Of a stretch of 64,000 nt of DNA, positions 9,129 through 21,174 are shown piece by piece; the stretch's first letter is position 1; each line of letters starts with the position of its first letter. The notes under the pieces were generated by a model. The model saw only the letters and a list, made by a program, of their open reading frames with translations, made no database searches and was not told where the DNA came from. Made by a program: the position numbers and the translations under genes. This DNA comes from an uncultured Chloroflexia bacterium (GTDB lineage Bacteria; Chloroflexota; Anaerolineae; CG2-30-64-16), in contig CAWEMM010000012.1 in assembly GCA_963810095.1 (NCBI GenBank), forward strand, positions 672,001 to 736,000. Reading direction: 5' to 3'.

Positions 9129-10052
9129 ATGATCGAAGTGTCTGAACTTAAGAAATCTTACGGTTCAGTTGAGGCGCTTCGCGGCGTCAGCTTTTCGATC
9201 GCCTCAGGAGAGATCGTCGGCCTGCTCGGGCCCAACGGCGCAGGCAAGACGACGATTATCAAGATCCTGACCGGCTATCTGCAGCCCGATGCTGGCGCCG
9301 TGACCGTAGACGGGCTCGACGTGCTCGCGCATACCCGCGAGGTCCAGGCCCGCATCGGTTACCTGCCCGAGAACGCGCCGCTTTACCCCGAGTTGTCGGT
9401 GCAAGGCGTATCTCAAGATGATGGCCCAACTGCGGCAAATCCCGGCGGCCGAACAGTTGCGCTTGTATCTCCGATGCCGGTGCACGCCACCGGCCTGGCC
9501 GAGCATCTGACCCGGCCCATCGGCACGCTGTCCAAGGGCTTCCGGCAGCGGGTGGGGCTGGCCCAGGCCATCCTGCACCGCCCGAAGCTCCTGATCCTCG
9601 ACGAGCCGACCGTCGGCCTGGACCCGACCCAAATCGTCGAGATCCGCCGGCTCATCCACCGGCTCTCCGAGCAGTCGACCATCCTGTTCTCGACCCACAT
9701 CCTTTCCGAGGTCGAAGCCCTGTGCGACCGGGCCCTGATCCTGATCAACGGGCTTGTCAAGACCGACGCCAGGTTGTCGGACCTCGAAGAGACCGCCGAC
9801 GCGGTGCTGGTGCTGGCGAACAAGGTCGACGGTGCGGAGCGGTGCCTGCGCTCGCTGCCCGGCGTGCGCGGCATCGAGCCGCTGCGCGGGCGCAACGGGT
9901 ACGCGGCGTACCGGATTCTTGGGATGGACGACGTGGACCTGTGTCCCGCCGTGTACGACCTGGCCCGCAGCGAGGACTGGCCCGTGCGCGAGCTGCGGCG
10001 TGACGTGCGGACGCTCGAAACGGTGTTCAACCAATTGGCGACGGGGGCCTGA
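9129..10052 (+). CDS. ABC transporter ATP-binding protein (GldA-like)
   Basis: GPNGAGKT, LSKGFRQRVG, ILDEPT, FSTH; compensating frameshifts at about 9405-9470. Confidence 0.88.
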   Translation: MIEVSELKKSYGSVEALRGVSFSIASGEIVGLLGPNGAGKTTIIKILTGYLQPDAGAVTVDGLDVLAHTREVQARIGYLPENAPLYPELSVQGVSQDDGPTAANPGGRTVALVSPMPVHATGLAEHLTRPIGTLSKGFRQRVGLAQAILHRPKLLILDEPTVGLDPTQIVEIRRLIHRLSEQSTILFSTHILSEVEALCDRALILINGLVKTDARLSDLEETADAVLVLANKVDGAERCLRSLPGVRGIEPLRGRNGYAAYRILGMDDVDLCPAVYDLARSEDWPVRELRRDVRTLETVFNQLATGA

Positions 10053-10056
10053 TCCG

Positions 10057-12989
10057 ATGAAACCGACGCTCGCCATTGCCCGCAAGGAGCTTGCGGCCTA
10101 TTTCGGCTCGCCGATGGCCCTGATCTTCGTCGGCGTGTTCCTGGCCGTCACGCTGTTCGTCTTCTTCTGGATCGATGCGTTCTTCGCCCGCGGCATCGCC
10201 GACGTGCGCCCCATGTTTCGCTGGATGCCCGTGCTGATGATCTTCCTCGTCGCAGCCCTGACCATGCGCCAGTGGAGCGAGGAGCAGCGCTCGGGCACGC
10301 TCGAGGTGCTGCTGACCCTGCCCGTGAGCAAGGTCCAGCTGGTCCTCGGCAAGTTCCTGGCGGTCATGGCCCTCGTTGCGCTCGCGCTCGCGCTGACCCT
10401 GTTCCTCCCGATCACGGTCGTCGTTCTCGGCCCGCTCGACTGGGGCCCGGTGGTCGGCGGCTATCTCGCCGCGCTGCTGATGGCGGGGCCTACACGGCCA
10501 TCGGGCTGTTCGTTTCGTCGCGCACCGACAACCAGCTCGTCGCCCTCATCGTGACGGTCATCATCAGCGGCTTCTTCTACCTGATCGGCTCCTCGGGCGT
10601 GACCGACTTTGTGCCCCGCAGCCTGGGCGACATCTTCCGGGCGTTGGGCGCGGGCAGCCGCTTCGAAAGCATCGAGCGGGGCGTGATCGACGTGCGCGAC
10701 CTGCTCTACTACGTTTCGATCGCACGTCATCTTCCTGGTGCTGAACGTCCTCTCGGTCGACCGCAAGCGCTGGGGCAAAGGTGCGGGCAGCGCGGGCTAC
10801 CGGCGCAGCGTCGTCCTGACCTCCGGCCTCGTGATCGCCAACCTGCTGCTGCTGAACGTGTGGCTCTTCCCGCTCAACGGACTGCGTCTCGACCTGACCA
10901 GCCAGCAGGACTACAGCCTCTCTTCGACCACGAAGGAACTGCTCGGCAACCTCAGCGAGCCGCTGCTGATTCGCGGCTTACGTCAGCGACAAGACGCATC
11001 CGTTGCTCGCGACGCTGAAGCCGCAGCTGGCCGACCTGTTGCGCGAGTACGAGATCGCCGGCCAGGGCAAGGTGACCGCCGAGGTCGTCGACCCGACGAC
11101 GAACCCGGATGCGGAGCGCGAGGCAACCAGACGTACGGCATCCAGCCCTCGCCGTTCCAGGTGGCCGGCCGCTACGAGGCGTCGGTCATCAACGCGTACT
11201 TCGACGTGCTGGTCCGCTACGGGGACCAGAGCGAGGTGCTGAACTTCCGCGACCTGATCGAGGTCCAGGCGGACCGCAGCGGGGAGCCGGACGTCCGGTT
11301 CCGCAACCTGGAGTACGACCTGACCCGGGCCGCTCAAGCGGGCAACCTCTGGCTTCCAGAGCGTCGACAACCTGCTCGCCTCGCTGCCCAGCGCCGGCGA
11401 AGCTGACGCTGTTTGCCACGGCCGCAACGCTGCCCGAGGAGTCTGCAAGAGCGCCCCGGCCACCTTCCACAAGGTGGGCCAGGAACTGGCGGCCAAGTCG
11501 AACGGCAAGCTCACCTTCGAGATGATCGACCCGGACGCGCCGGGCGCGAAGGTGACGCGCAGCAGCTGCTCGACACTTACAAGCTGCGGCCGATTGCCGC
11601 GTCGCTGTTCTCGCCCGAGACGCTACTACCTCGACATGTGCTCGAGTCGAAGGACGGCCAAGGGCTCCGGCAGCGCGGCACCGCGCAGCTCGTCACACCC
11701 GCCGGCGACCTGAGCGAGGCCAACATCCGCACCGCCGTCGAGTCGGCGCTCAAGCGCTCGTCGACCGGCTTCCTCAAGGTGGTGGGGCTGTGGACGCCGC
11801 CCGAGACGCCAACGCCGAATGTGTTCGGCCAGCAGCAGCCCGCGCTCCGCACCTGGCAGCAGCTGCGCCAGCAGCTCGGCCGCGACTACACCGTGCGCGA
11901 CGTGGACTTGACCACCGGGCAGGTGCCGGCCGAGATCGACACGCTGGTGGTCGTGTCGCCGCAAGGGCTCGACGACAAGGCCAAGTTCGCGATCGACCAG
12001 TACCTGATGCGCGGCGGGTCGGTGATCGTCGCCGCAGGGAATTATGACAGTCGGCCCTGGACCAGATGAACGGCGGCATTGCCCTGAACCCCCAGCAAGG
12101 CGGGATCGACGATCTGCTCGAGCATTACGGGGTCAAGGTCGAGAAGAGCCTGGTGCATGGACCCGCAGAACGAGCCCTTCCCTTCGCCGGAGCAGCGCAC
12201 TGTGGGCGGCATGACCGTGCAGCGAGATCCAGCTCGTCAACTACCCCTTCTTCGTGGACGTGCGGGCGGGCGGCATGGACAAGACAAGCCCGATCGTGAG
12301 CAAGCTGCAGGCGATCACGCTCAATGGGCCTTCGCCGGTCGTCCTCGACCAGGCTAAGAACAAGGGCCGGCAGACCACGGTGCTGCTGAAGTCCTCGCCC
12401 GAAGTCATGGCTGCGGAACAGCACCGACATCAAGCCGGACCGCAGAAGTACGGCGAACTCGGGTTCCCGGTCGAAGGGCAGCCGGCCTCTCGAGCCGTTG
12501 GCGGTGGCCGTGCGAGGCACGTTCGAGAGTTTCTTCAAGGGCAAGCCGTCGCCGCTGCTCCAGCCCTCGCAGGCGGCCCAGCCCAACGCGCAAGCGGGTC
12601 AGCCCACGCCGACCCCTGCGCCGCAAACAGCGGGCGTGATCGAGAGCTCGCCGGAAACCGCCCGGCTGGTGGTCGTCGGCAGCGAGCGACTTCCTGACCG
12701 ACGTGTTGTTCCAGGTTTCGTCGAGCGTCGCGCCCGACCGGTATCTGAACAGCCTCCAGTTCGTGCAGAACGCGGTGGACTGGTCGGTCGAGGACCTCGA
12801 CCTGCTCAACATCCGGGCCCGGGGCACCTCGGCACGGGTGCTGAACCCGCTCGAGGCATCTCAGGAACGAATGGTGGAGATCGGCAACTATGCCCTGGCG
12901 CTCGCTCGCGCTGGTGGCCATCGCCGTGCTGTGGAACGTGCGGCGCCGCAACGAGAAGCCGCATGGTGCTGGTGGGAGATAAGCGATGA
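10057..12989 (+). CDS. ABC-2 permease fused to a GldG-type auxiliary domain (multiple frameshifts)
   Basis: IARKELAAYFGSP, WSEEQRSGTLEVLLTLP, RLDLT..YSLS, EYDLT, AIDQYLMRGG, NAVDW..D.DLL.IR pieces in successive frames. Confidence 0.75.
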
Positions 12990-13982
12990 ACAAGCTGCAA
13001 CGCGCCCTCGATCGTCGCGCTGGTCGCACAGATTGCGCTGATCGCATTCGTCTTCTGGCCCCGCCCCGTGGCGGGCAGCACCGGTGCGCCCCTGCTCGGC
13101 GGGCTCAAGGCGAGCGACATCACGGGCATGACCATCACGGACGACCAGGGCGTGTCGACCCGGCTGGTGAGGCAGGGCGACGGCTGGATCGCCCCGGACG
13201 CGGCGAACTACCCGGCGGACGCGGCCAAAATCAGCCCGGCGCTCGAAAAGCTGGTGGCGATGAAGGCGGGCCAGCCCGTCGCGACGACGGCCGCGAGCCA
13301 CGCGCAGTTGCAGGTGGCCGACAACAAGTTCCTCCGCAAGGTCGACCTCGCGAAGGCGGACGGCTCGACTGTGACGCTGTACCTCGGCTCGGCAGCGGGG
13401 GGCGGCCAGTCGGTGCATACCCGGCTGGGCGGCAAAAACGAGGTTTACCTGACGCAGGGTCCGGCCACCTGGGAGACGAATGCGGACCTCCTGTCCTGGA
13501 TCAACCCGGTCTACCTGAGCGTCAACGCGGCCGACGTGACCACGTTGAGGCTGAAGAACAAGAACGGCGAGTTCACGCTGACGAAGGACGCTCAGGGCCA
13601 GTGGCAGCTGGCCGGGCTGGCCGGCGGCGAGACGCTCGACGCGAACAAGGCCGCCGGTCTCGTCAATGCGGCCACTTCGATCCGCATGACTGCGCCGCTC
13701 GGCAAGACGGAGGACCCGGCGTGGGGTCTGCAGCAGCCGAGCGCGGTCATTACGCTGCAGGTGAAGACCGGCGACCAGGTCAAGCCGGTCACGTTGACCA
13801 TCGGGAGCCTGGATGAGAATGCCAAATCTTACGTGGTCAAGTCCTCGGAGTCCGACTACTTCGTCCGGGTGGGCGACTTCAGCGTGCAGGACCTGGTGTC
13901 GGCCGACAAGGCGGCCTTCCTGACGGCCACGCCGGCGCCTGCCGTCTTGCCGGCCCCGTCGGGCGCGACGCCCACGCCTTAG
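12986..13982 (+). CDS. DUF4340-domain protein (frameshift near N-terminus)
   Basis: N-terminal anchor; 'YPADAAKI..L..L', 'TLYLG', 'SYVV' repeats; usual partner of GldFG-like ABC operons. Confidence 0.75.
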
Positions 13983-13994
13983 CCCATTTCTTCA

Positions 13995-14080
13995 ACACAA
14001 AGACACGAAGACACAAAGTTTGCAGGCCTTCTCGAGGTATCCACCTTCGTGCGCCGTTGTGTCTTCGTGTCTTTGTGGCA
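13995..14080. repeat. CACAAAG/CACGAAG inverted-repeat element
   Basis: CACAAAGACACGAAGACACAAAG...CTTCGTGTCTTTGTG; relatives at 15960-15987, 21092-21163, 28225-28240. Confidence 0.65.
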
Positions 14081-14220
14081 AATGAGTCCTCGCATTAAAA
14101 GCATTCACCCGCACTCCCTCGCGCTTTCATGCGTTGTTCATATTGCAGGGTTACCCTACGCTTGACCTACAAGGCGCTGTCCTCGGTTAGGGTGCCCACT
14201 TCACGTTCGGAGTTCTCCCG

Positions 14221-15947
14221 ATGAAAGCACGAAACGCTCACAGGCGGAGTTTCGCCGTCCTGCTTCTCGTCGTGGTCTTGATCGCCACGCTCGCTGTCGT
14301 CCTGGGTAGCCCCGCCGGCTCGCCCGCCAGCGCGGCGCGCGCCGCTGGGACCCGCTGCGCCCCTGGTGTCATCCAACGGTTGGACACAGGTCTTCTCCGT
14401 GCCGCCCTACCCCAACGGCGCGGAGTTTCACTTCTACGGCATGACGTTCTCGAGCCGCACCACCGGCTTTGCCTACGGCGGCGACACGTGGGACCCTCAG
14501 ACTAATCCGGGCCGGGTGTATCGCACGAAGGACGGCGGCGCGACGTGGGAATTGGTGCTGCAGAACAACGGCTGGAAGATCGGCATGGCGTGTACCGACG
14601 AGCTGCACTGCTGGGTCGGCGGGCGCTACGGGCAGATCTACTACACCAACGATGCCGGCGATCACTGGCTGAGCGCAAGCGAGTACACGTGGCAAGGAAT
14701 TGACGATTATCCGACGCCTCCCGTCCAGACCCCGGTTCCGTTTGCCAAGTGGATCCGCTCGGCGGGTGTGGCTCCGAACGGCAACCCGGTCGTTTTTGGC
14801 GCAACCGACAACACCATTCTGCACTCGAAGGACGGCGTCAACTTCTACAACTACTGGCCCATGTTGGGCTGGTGGTCGGCCACCTGGTCGGTAGCCTGCC
14901 CCACGAGCACCATCTGCTATGGCGGCCAGATCAACCGCTTCATCGTGAAGTCGACGGACGGCGGCGATACCTGGACCATGCCGGCCTACGCCAGCGACGC
15001 GACGCACCAACTGCCTGGCGGACAAATATCCGAATCCCGATCCGGACCTCCAGGGCGGTATTCAGCGCCGGTACTACGGGTTGGCGTTCCTCGACGAGAA
15101 TTACGGGTGGGCCGTGGGCAGCTGCGGGATGATTTTCCGTACCCGTAACGGTGCGGCCAGCCGCTGGGAGCGGCAGATGCCCACCCTGTCAGAGGAAGTT
15201 CAGCTGCGCCGTGTCGAGGCGTTCAGCACCAAGAGCGCGATCACGGTGGGCGGTCAGAATCCGAACCCGGCCGAGCCAAGTGAGGCGCAAAATGCGCTCA
15301 TCTTTCGCACGACGGACGGCGTGAACTGGAGCCCTGTAACTGCGCCCGACACGAGCGAGTTGCACGGCTTGGCCGCGTTCGCGGATGCAACGTTCGTGGC
15401 CGACTGGTCGGGCAAGGTGTGGCGCTGGGACGGCGAGCTCGTGCCCGTTCCACAAGCCACCAATACCCCGACAGCCACGCCGACGGAGACCCAGACGCCG
15501 ACTCCGACTGCCAGCGCGACACCCACCGAGACGCCCGCCGTCACGCCAACCGCCACCTCAACCGAGATTCCGACCACGGGCAGCATCGAGGCGTTCGCGT
15601 TCTATGATGCGAATCTGAACAACAAGCCCGACCAGGGCGAGGCCCCACTGCCTGGCGTCGGCTTCACGCTTTCGACCGATGAGGTCACCGTCGCGACCGG
15701 TGTAACTGGGGTAGACGGCCGCTATGTGTTCGTCAACCTGCAGCCCGGCTCATACGAGGTCGCTGAGACCACGCCACCGCAGGGCTACACGCCCGTGCGG
15801 GTCACCCTCCTCGTCGCGGTCGCGGCAGGTTCGGGACCGGTCTTGCCTTTCGCACATACCATGAGCACGGTGACGCCCTACCCGAGCGCCACGCCGACGG
15901 GCGCCGCGCTCCCCATGCGGACGTGGCTCCCGATGCTGGTGCGCTGA
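14221..15947 (+). CDS. Secreted YCF48/BNR beta-propeller with T/P linker and SdrD-B-like domain (frameshifts at about 14365 and 15005)
   Basis: Signal peptide; RTKDGGATW and KSTDGGDTW boxes; FYDANLNNKPDQGEAPLPGV..TGVDGRYVF.NL.PGSY; ends RTWLPMLVR. Confidence 0.75.
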
Positions 15948-16194
15948 CAGGGACGAATGAACCACAAAGGCACCAAGACACCAAGAATCTATCCGAAAAC
16001 TCGCCGGCGCAGCAGCCCGGCCAGCGCACTTTCGGATGGATCCTGAGGGCCCCCGCGTGGCTCTGCGCCCGGCTGGTTAGCGTCCCCGCGGGCAGAACCT
16101 GATTATCGTCATTTTCCCGTAGGGCAACTCGTGCTAAACTCACTTTGTTTGGCGTCGAAGCGGCGCCTGAGCACCCCTGCCATATTCGGAGGAA

Positions 16195-16398
16195 ATGATG
16201 TACGTTGTGACTGTTGATGTCGCCAAGTGCGAAGCCTGCGGCGACTGCATTGATGCATGCCCGTCGGAGCTCATGGCCCTGGTCGAGGAAGAAGGCAAGA
16301 AGTATGCCATGTTCAAGGGCGACCCCGACGACTGCATCGCCTGCTATTCGTGCGAGTCGACCTGTAACGAAGGCGCAGTGACTGTCACCGAGGTCTGA
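16195..16398 (+). CDS. 2[4Fe-4S] ferredoxin
   Basis: CEACGDCIDACP and CIACYSCESTC; GGAGG RBS. Confidence 0.92.
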   Translation: MMYVVTVDVAKCEACGDCIDACPSELMALVEEEGKKYAMFKGDPDDCIACYSCESTCNEGAVTVTEV

Positions 16399-16427
16399 TC
16401 GGGCTGACCGGTCGCTTTTCGTGTAAT

Positions 16428-16457
16428 GCAAAATGCGGGCTTGCGCCCGCATTTTGC
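16428..16457. terminator. Hairpin between convergent genes (probable bidirectional terminator)
   Basis: GCAAAATGCGGGC-TTGC-GCCCGCATTTTGC. Confidence 0.65.
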
Positions 16458-16481
16458 GTTACAAGCAGCCGTTGCCCCGGC

Positions 16482-17963
16482 CTACGCGGCCAGCGCGGGC
16501 GCAGCCGCACCCGACGACTCGGGCGCCCGCACCCCGCGCAAGGCCAGCACCGACACCAGGAACATCACGCCGAAGATCCCAAACAGCAGGACGTAACCGG
16601 CGCCGGGCACGCCCGGCAGCCGCAGCGTCACGTAATCGGCAATGGGGCCGCCGATGTACGCGCCGACCGCGCCCGCACCCGCACCCGCCAGGTTCGAAAT
16701 CCCCAGGTACTTCCCTGCCTCCGCACCGGGCACGATCCGGGTGCCCAGCGCCCAGTTGGCCGTGAAGAAGAACCCCGTCGCAATGCCGATCAACGTGCCG
16801 CCGATGTAGATCACCGTCATGTTGGGCGCGAGCAGGGCAATGAGCACCCCGAGCGCAGCGACGACCCCGCTGATCTGGAGCAGCCGCTTGTGCCCGAAGC
16901 GGTCGCCCAGGAACCCGCTCGGGATGGCCGCGATGAGGATGAAGACGCCGATTACCGTCATCAGCAGGGCCGCCGGCCCCGCCGCCTTCTCCCGCTCGAG
17001 CCCCAGCCGGCCCTGCAGGAAATAGATCGCAAAGGTCGACAGGTTGGTTGTGCCGACCAGGAACGCCAGGCGGCTGACGACCCACCAGGTGAACGACGGG
17101 TTGGCCTGCGCGGCCCGGTTGCCGATGCTGATGCGCACGCTGACCCAAACGCCGATGGCGACCGCGACCAGCATGGCCGCGATCCCGATCAGTCCCATCA
17201 GCGGCATGAGTGTTAGCGCCGAGTCGAGCGAGCCGAACGGGCCTGCCAGTTGCTTCACGGCCCAACCCAGGCCGAGGATGATGGCGGTGAAGACGGCCGT
17301 CATCGCCAGCAGCCGCAGGATCGAGCTCCAGTCAAACGGAGGCGCGTCTTCGCGGCTCAGCGGCCGCTCTTGCACCAGCATGGTCAGGAGCATGGAGACG
17401 AGCAGGATCACCGCTGCCAGCCCCAGCGCGGCCCACAGGTTGCCCCCGGCAATCAGGCGTGCGATGGTAAATGAGACCAGGATCAGGGGGATCGGGATTT
17501 CAAGCACCGCTTTGATGGCCGAGGCCCGCCCGCGCTTCTCGTCGGGCACAATGTCGGGGATGAGGCCCTGCTGTGCGCCGTGCGCGGTGTTGGCGGCGAC
17601 CGACTGCAGGATAGCGATGACGAAGAGGAACCAGAAGCCCGCCATCCCGAGCATCCCCGCCGAGACGCCGGTCAGGCCGATGAAGACGAGCATCCCCAGC
17701 GTCCCCACGAAGATGAAAGGCCGTCGCCGGCCGATCGGGGAGGTGTTCCGGTCGGAGAGCATGCCCATGACCGCCTGCCACAGCAGCGCGACCATGAGGC
17801 TCCACAGCCGCAGCTCGCCCAGGCGGGTGCCCTTGGTCGCTTCACCCACGAAGTTCTGCACCAGCAGGGGGAACACGAGACCGTTGGTCTGCGAAAGGGT
17901 CGTGAGCGCGAGGAAGAAGATGTTGATGGTGATGTAGTCGTACCAGCGCAAACGCCGCGTCAT
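16482..17963 (-). CDS. MFS transporter
   Basis: GMLSDR..GRRRPF, GFLGDRFG; ATG at 17963 after GGAGG. Confidence 0.85.
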   Translation of the reverse strand: MTRRLRWYDYITINIFFLALTTLSQTNGLVFPLLVQNFVGEATKGTRLGELRLWSLMVALLWQAVMGMLSDRNTSPIGRRRPFIFVGTLGMLVFIGLTGVSAGMLGMAGFWFLFVIAILQSVAANTAHGAQQGLIPDIVPDEKRGRASAIKAVLEIPIPLILVSFTIARLIAGGNLWAALGLAAVILLVSMLLTMLVQERPLSREDAPPFDWSSILRLLAMTAVFTAIILGLGWAVKQLAGPFGSLDSALTLMPLMGLIGIAAMLVAVAIGVWVSVRISIGNRAAQANPSFTWWVVSRLAFLVGTTNLSTFAIYFLQGRLGLEREKAAGPAALLMTVIGVFILIAAIPSGFLGDRFGHKRLLQISGVVAALGVLIALLAPNMTVIYIGGTLIGIATGFFFTANWALGTRIVPGAEAGKYLGISNLAGAGAGAVGAYIGGPIADYVTLRLPGVPGAGYVLLFGIFGVMFLVSVLALRGVRAPESSGAAAPALAA

Positions 17964-18010
17964 GGGGCCTCCTTGGCTCGAGGAGTCGGGGGGAGGGCGG
18001 ACGGGGAACG

Positions 18011-18241
18011 CTATCCCCCTCCCATCGGTGGGTAGAATTCTATCACATCCCGGTCTGTCACCGGGGGGTGATCCCACTGCGCCAGCCGGCGGTTGACCGC
18101 AATCACGGCCACTTCGGCGGGGGGCACGCCCAGTCGGGCCGCGAGGTCGCCCAGGGAGACGGGTTGCGGCTGAGCCAACTCCAGCCAGTCCCGCTTCTCC
18201 CTGTCATACCAGCTCAGGTGTCCACCCAGATGTACGCGCAT
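18011..18241 (-). CDS. MoaD/ThiS family sulfur carrier
   Basis: Ubiquitin-like size, 'AVN', C-terminal PPMGGG; adjacent to AOR. Confidence 0.85.
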   Translation of the reverse strand: MRVHLGGHLSWYDREKRDWLELAQPQPVSLGDLAARLGVPPAEVAVIAVNRRLAQWDHPPVTDRDVIEFYPPMGGG

Positions 18242-18252
18242 GGATGAGAATG

Positions 18253-18336
18253 GGACGCAGATTGAACTGATCGAACTGATTTTGCCGATTTTTTAGTCGA
18301 ATCATGGGGATCAGTTGAATCAGTCTAATCAGCGTC
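18253..18336. repeat. GATTGAACTGAT/ATCAG inverted-repeat element
   Basis: GGACGCAGATTGAACTGATC...ATCAGTCTAATCAGCGTCC; relatives at 26117-26206 and 30137-30250. Confidence 0.65.
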
Positions 18337-20267
18337 CTATTCAGTGCCTCCCGTGGCAAGCTTCTCTGCAGCCCAGCCGATGCCGAGCGCTTCCAGCCGT
18401 TCGCGTGTGGGAATGCCGGTCTCCGTGTCCCAGCCCTTGATTTCATACAGGTCGGTCAGCGCGCGCTCGAAGTCTTCGCGGGGGTATGCGACGCCGGCCA
18501 GCGCGCCCCCTTCCAGCGGCTGGAACAGCCGCTCGGGCAGCGTGTCGTCCTGCCGGGTGCGCCCCTCCCGGGCATTGAACACCCGGGCGAGGTTATTGGC
18601 GCGCTCGCCGATCCGCATCAGCTCGTCCAGCGTGACATCCCAGCCCGGTGGCCGCATGCACCGTCTCCACCACGTCGGGAATCGCGATGAACGAGCGCGG
18701 CGCGGGCCCGAAGTAGCACAGCCCGCTCGTCTTGCCCCAGTTGTTCCAGTGCTCCATCAGCGTGTAGTACTCGACCTTGCGCCGGCTGAGGTCGCGCGGG
18801 GCCAGCGGCTCGGTCACGCCCAGCGGCTCGACGCCCTTGAACTGGAGGGAGTCCGGGTTGGCCAGCACGGGGTCGTGGAATGCCGTCAGGTGCTCGGCGC
18901 CGGTCTCGGAGGTGGCATATGACAAGCCCACGCCCACCTTGCCGCGCGGCTCGTGCATGGCCAGCTCCTGCCCCTTCACCTGCATGGCAAAGAGCGGTGC
19001 GTCGCCCCCGATCGCTTCCGCGGCCCGCTTGCTCCCTTCGGCCAGCAGGTTGCCGATGCCCTCCCGGCGCCCGATCAGCTCCACGCAGCGGACCATGGCC
19101 GGGGCGTTTCCGAAGCGGAGGTCGAGGCCGCCCGTGTCCTCCAGCCCAATCAGCCCGTGCTCGAAGCATTCCATGGCGAATGCGACGGTGGCGCTGCACG
19201 AAATCGCGTCCATCGTGAAGCGGTTGCACAGCTCGTTGGCCTTCGCCACGGCCTGCAGGTCGTCGATGCCGCAGTTGGAGCCGAAGCCGGCGACCGCCTC
19301 GTACTCGGGCCCGCCGTAGTTGTCGCTCACCTGGTACGCGGTCGCCGGCTGCGCCGCCGACCTTCACTTCGCGCTTGCAGCGCACCGCGCACGCGTAGCA
19401 GCTGCGCCGGGCGCTCAGGATCTCCTTCTCGTAGGCTTCCCAGCGCAGGTTGTCGACGCCCTCGAACCCGCCGCTGCGGAAGTTGCGGGTGGGCAGGATG
19501 CCCCCGGCGTTCAGCCCCCCGGTGAGCCCCGGCGTGCCCTTCACCTGCAGGTCCCAGCTCAGCGGGTTCTCTTTGACCTCTTTGGCAAGCTTCTTGCCGA
19601 AGTTCGCGATCCACGGCCCATCTTCCGCCATGTCGACGTAGCGCGTGCTGCCGCGCACGGCGACGGCCTTCAGGTTCTTCGACCCCATGACCGCGCCCAT
19701 GCCCGTGCGCCCGTTGAAATGGCGCAGGTCGTTCGTGATCGCTGCGAACCGCACGCCCTTTTCGCCGGCCTCGCCGATCTGCAGCACGCGGACCAGCTTA
19801 TCGCCCAGCTCGCCGCGGATGGTCGCCTGGGCTTCCTCCGGCTCGCGGCCCCACAGGTGCTCGGCCGGGCGCAGCTCGACCTGGTCGTCCTTGATCCACA
19901 GGTACACCGGTCGCTCGGCCCGCCCCGTGATGACCACGGCCTCCCAGCCGGCCATCTTGAGCTCGGGGCCCCAGAACCCCCCGGCCTCCGACTCGCCGTA
20001 GCCGTCCGTCAGCGGCGACTTCCCGATGGCCGTGAAGCGGGTGGCGGTGGAAAAAGGCGCGGCGGTCAGCAGTCCGTTTGCCAGGATCAGGATGTTCTCG
20101 GGGCCCAGCGGGTCGACATGTGCGGGCAGTTCTGATAGGAGCAGGTAGGCGCCGAGCGCTTTGCCGCCCGGGTACATGCGATAAGTCTTTTCGTCGAGGG
20201 TCTGCGTAGCGATTGAGCCGCTCGCCAGGTCGACGCGTAGGATTTTTCCGGTGTAGCCAAATGGCAT
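18337..20267 (-). CDS. aor: Aldehyde:ferredoxin oxidoreductase (W/Mo-bis-pterin), frameshifts at about 19340 and 18650
   Basis: GYTGKILRVDL, KSPLT..GESEAGG, GRTGMGAVMGSKNLKA, CYACAVRC, GPEYE, HEPRGK, DDTLPER. Confidence 0.88.
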
Positions 20268-20281
20268 GATTGAGCCTCGGT

Positions 20282-21080
20282 TTATGAATGGTGCGGGTCG
20301 CCGGCGACGGGCTGCCCGAACTGGCGCGCGAGGAACCGGCGGGTGGCTTCGAAAAGCTCCCCGCGTTCGCAGTCGAGCGCCACGCAGTGCGTGGACCGGT
20401 CGAGCCAGAGCAGTTCCTTATCGGTCGAGCCGACCCGGTCGTAAATCTCCTGCGGCGCGGCCGGGTCGACCGTGCGGTCCAGCCGGCCGTGGACGATGAG
20501 GATCGGCTGGCGGATCTCGGGCAGCAGCGGGCGCACGGCAGCCTGCAGGCGCAGCAGTTCCCGGATGCCCCGTGCCGGCCGCACGTCGTATCCTTGCCAA
20601 AGCGCATCGGACTCGGCGGGCGCGCCGGGCTTCGGATGCACCATCACGTCGAAGGGCGCGAGCGCATACGCGGCCCGTTCCTGGAATGAGCTGATGGCGA
20701 GCTTGAGCGCGGGCGCGTACGAGAGCACCGCCGCAATCTCCGGGTGGGTCGCCGCCAGGTGCAGCGTCAATGCCGCGCCCGTCGACTCGCCGCCAACCGC
20801 AACCCGGCCGCAGCGGGTCTTCAGTGCCACGTACGACGGCTGTGACGGCCCGCAGCCAATCGCGCCAGCCGTAGTGCCCGAGGTCTTCCGGCTCCGTGCC
20901 GTGCCCGGGCAGCAGGGGCGCAGAGACGGTGTAGCCCGCCGCGTGCAGGTTTTCCGCCAGCGGCCGCATCTCCGCAGTCGTCGCGGTCAGCCCGTGCACG
21001 AGCAGCACGCCGTCCGGCCCCCCGTCCAGGCAGAAGGCGTCGCCGGGCAGGTGGTCGTTGACAAGAAGTCTCTTCGACAT
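20282..21080 (-). CDS. Carboxylesterase / alpha-beta hydrolase (frameshift near 20835)
   Basis: LLVHGLT, LPGHGT, GESTG nucleophile, D and H triad motifs. Confidence 0.82.
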
Positions 21081-21174
21081 GCAGGATCCTTACCACTAAG
21101 ACACAAAGAACCGAAGACGCACGAAGTGATTGTGCAACTTCGTGTCTTGGTGTCTTTGTGGTTAGTCGGACGAC

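Noticed and set aside
15990-16190. Riboswitch upstream of the ferredoxin gene
   Set aside because: GC-rich pairing is possible but no recognisable aptamer consensus.
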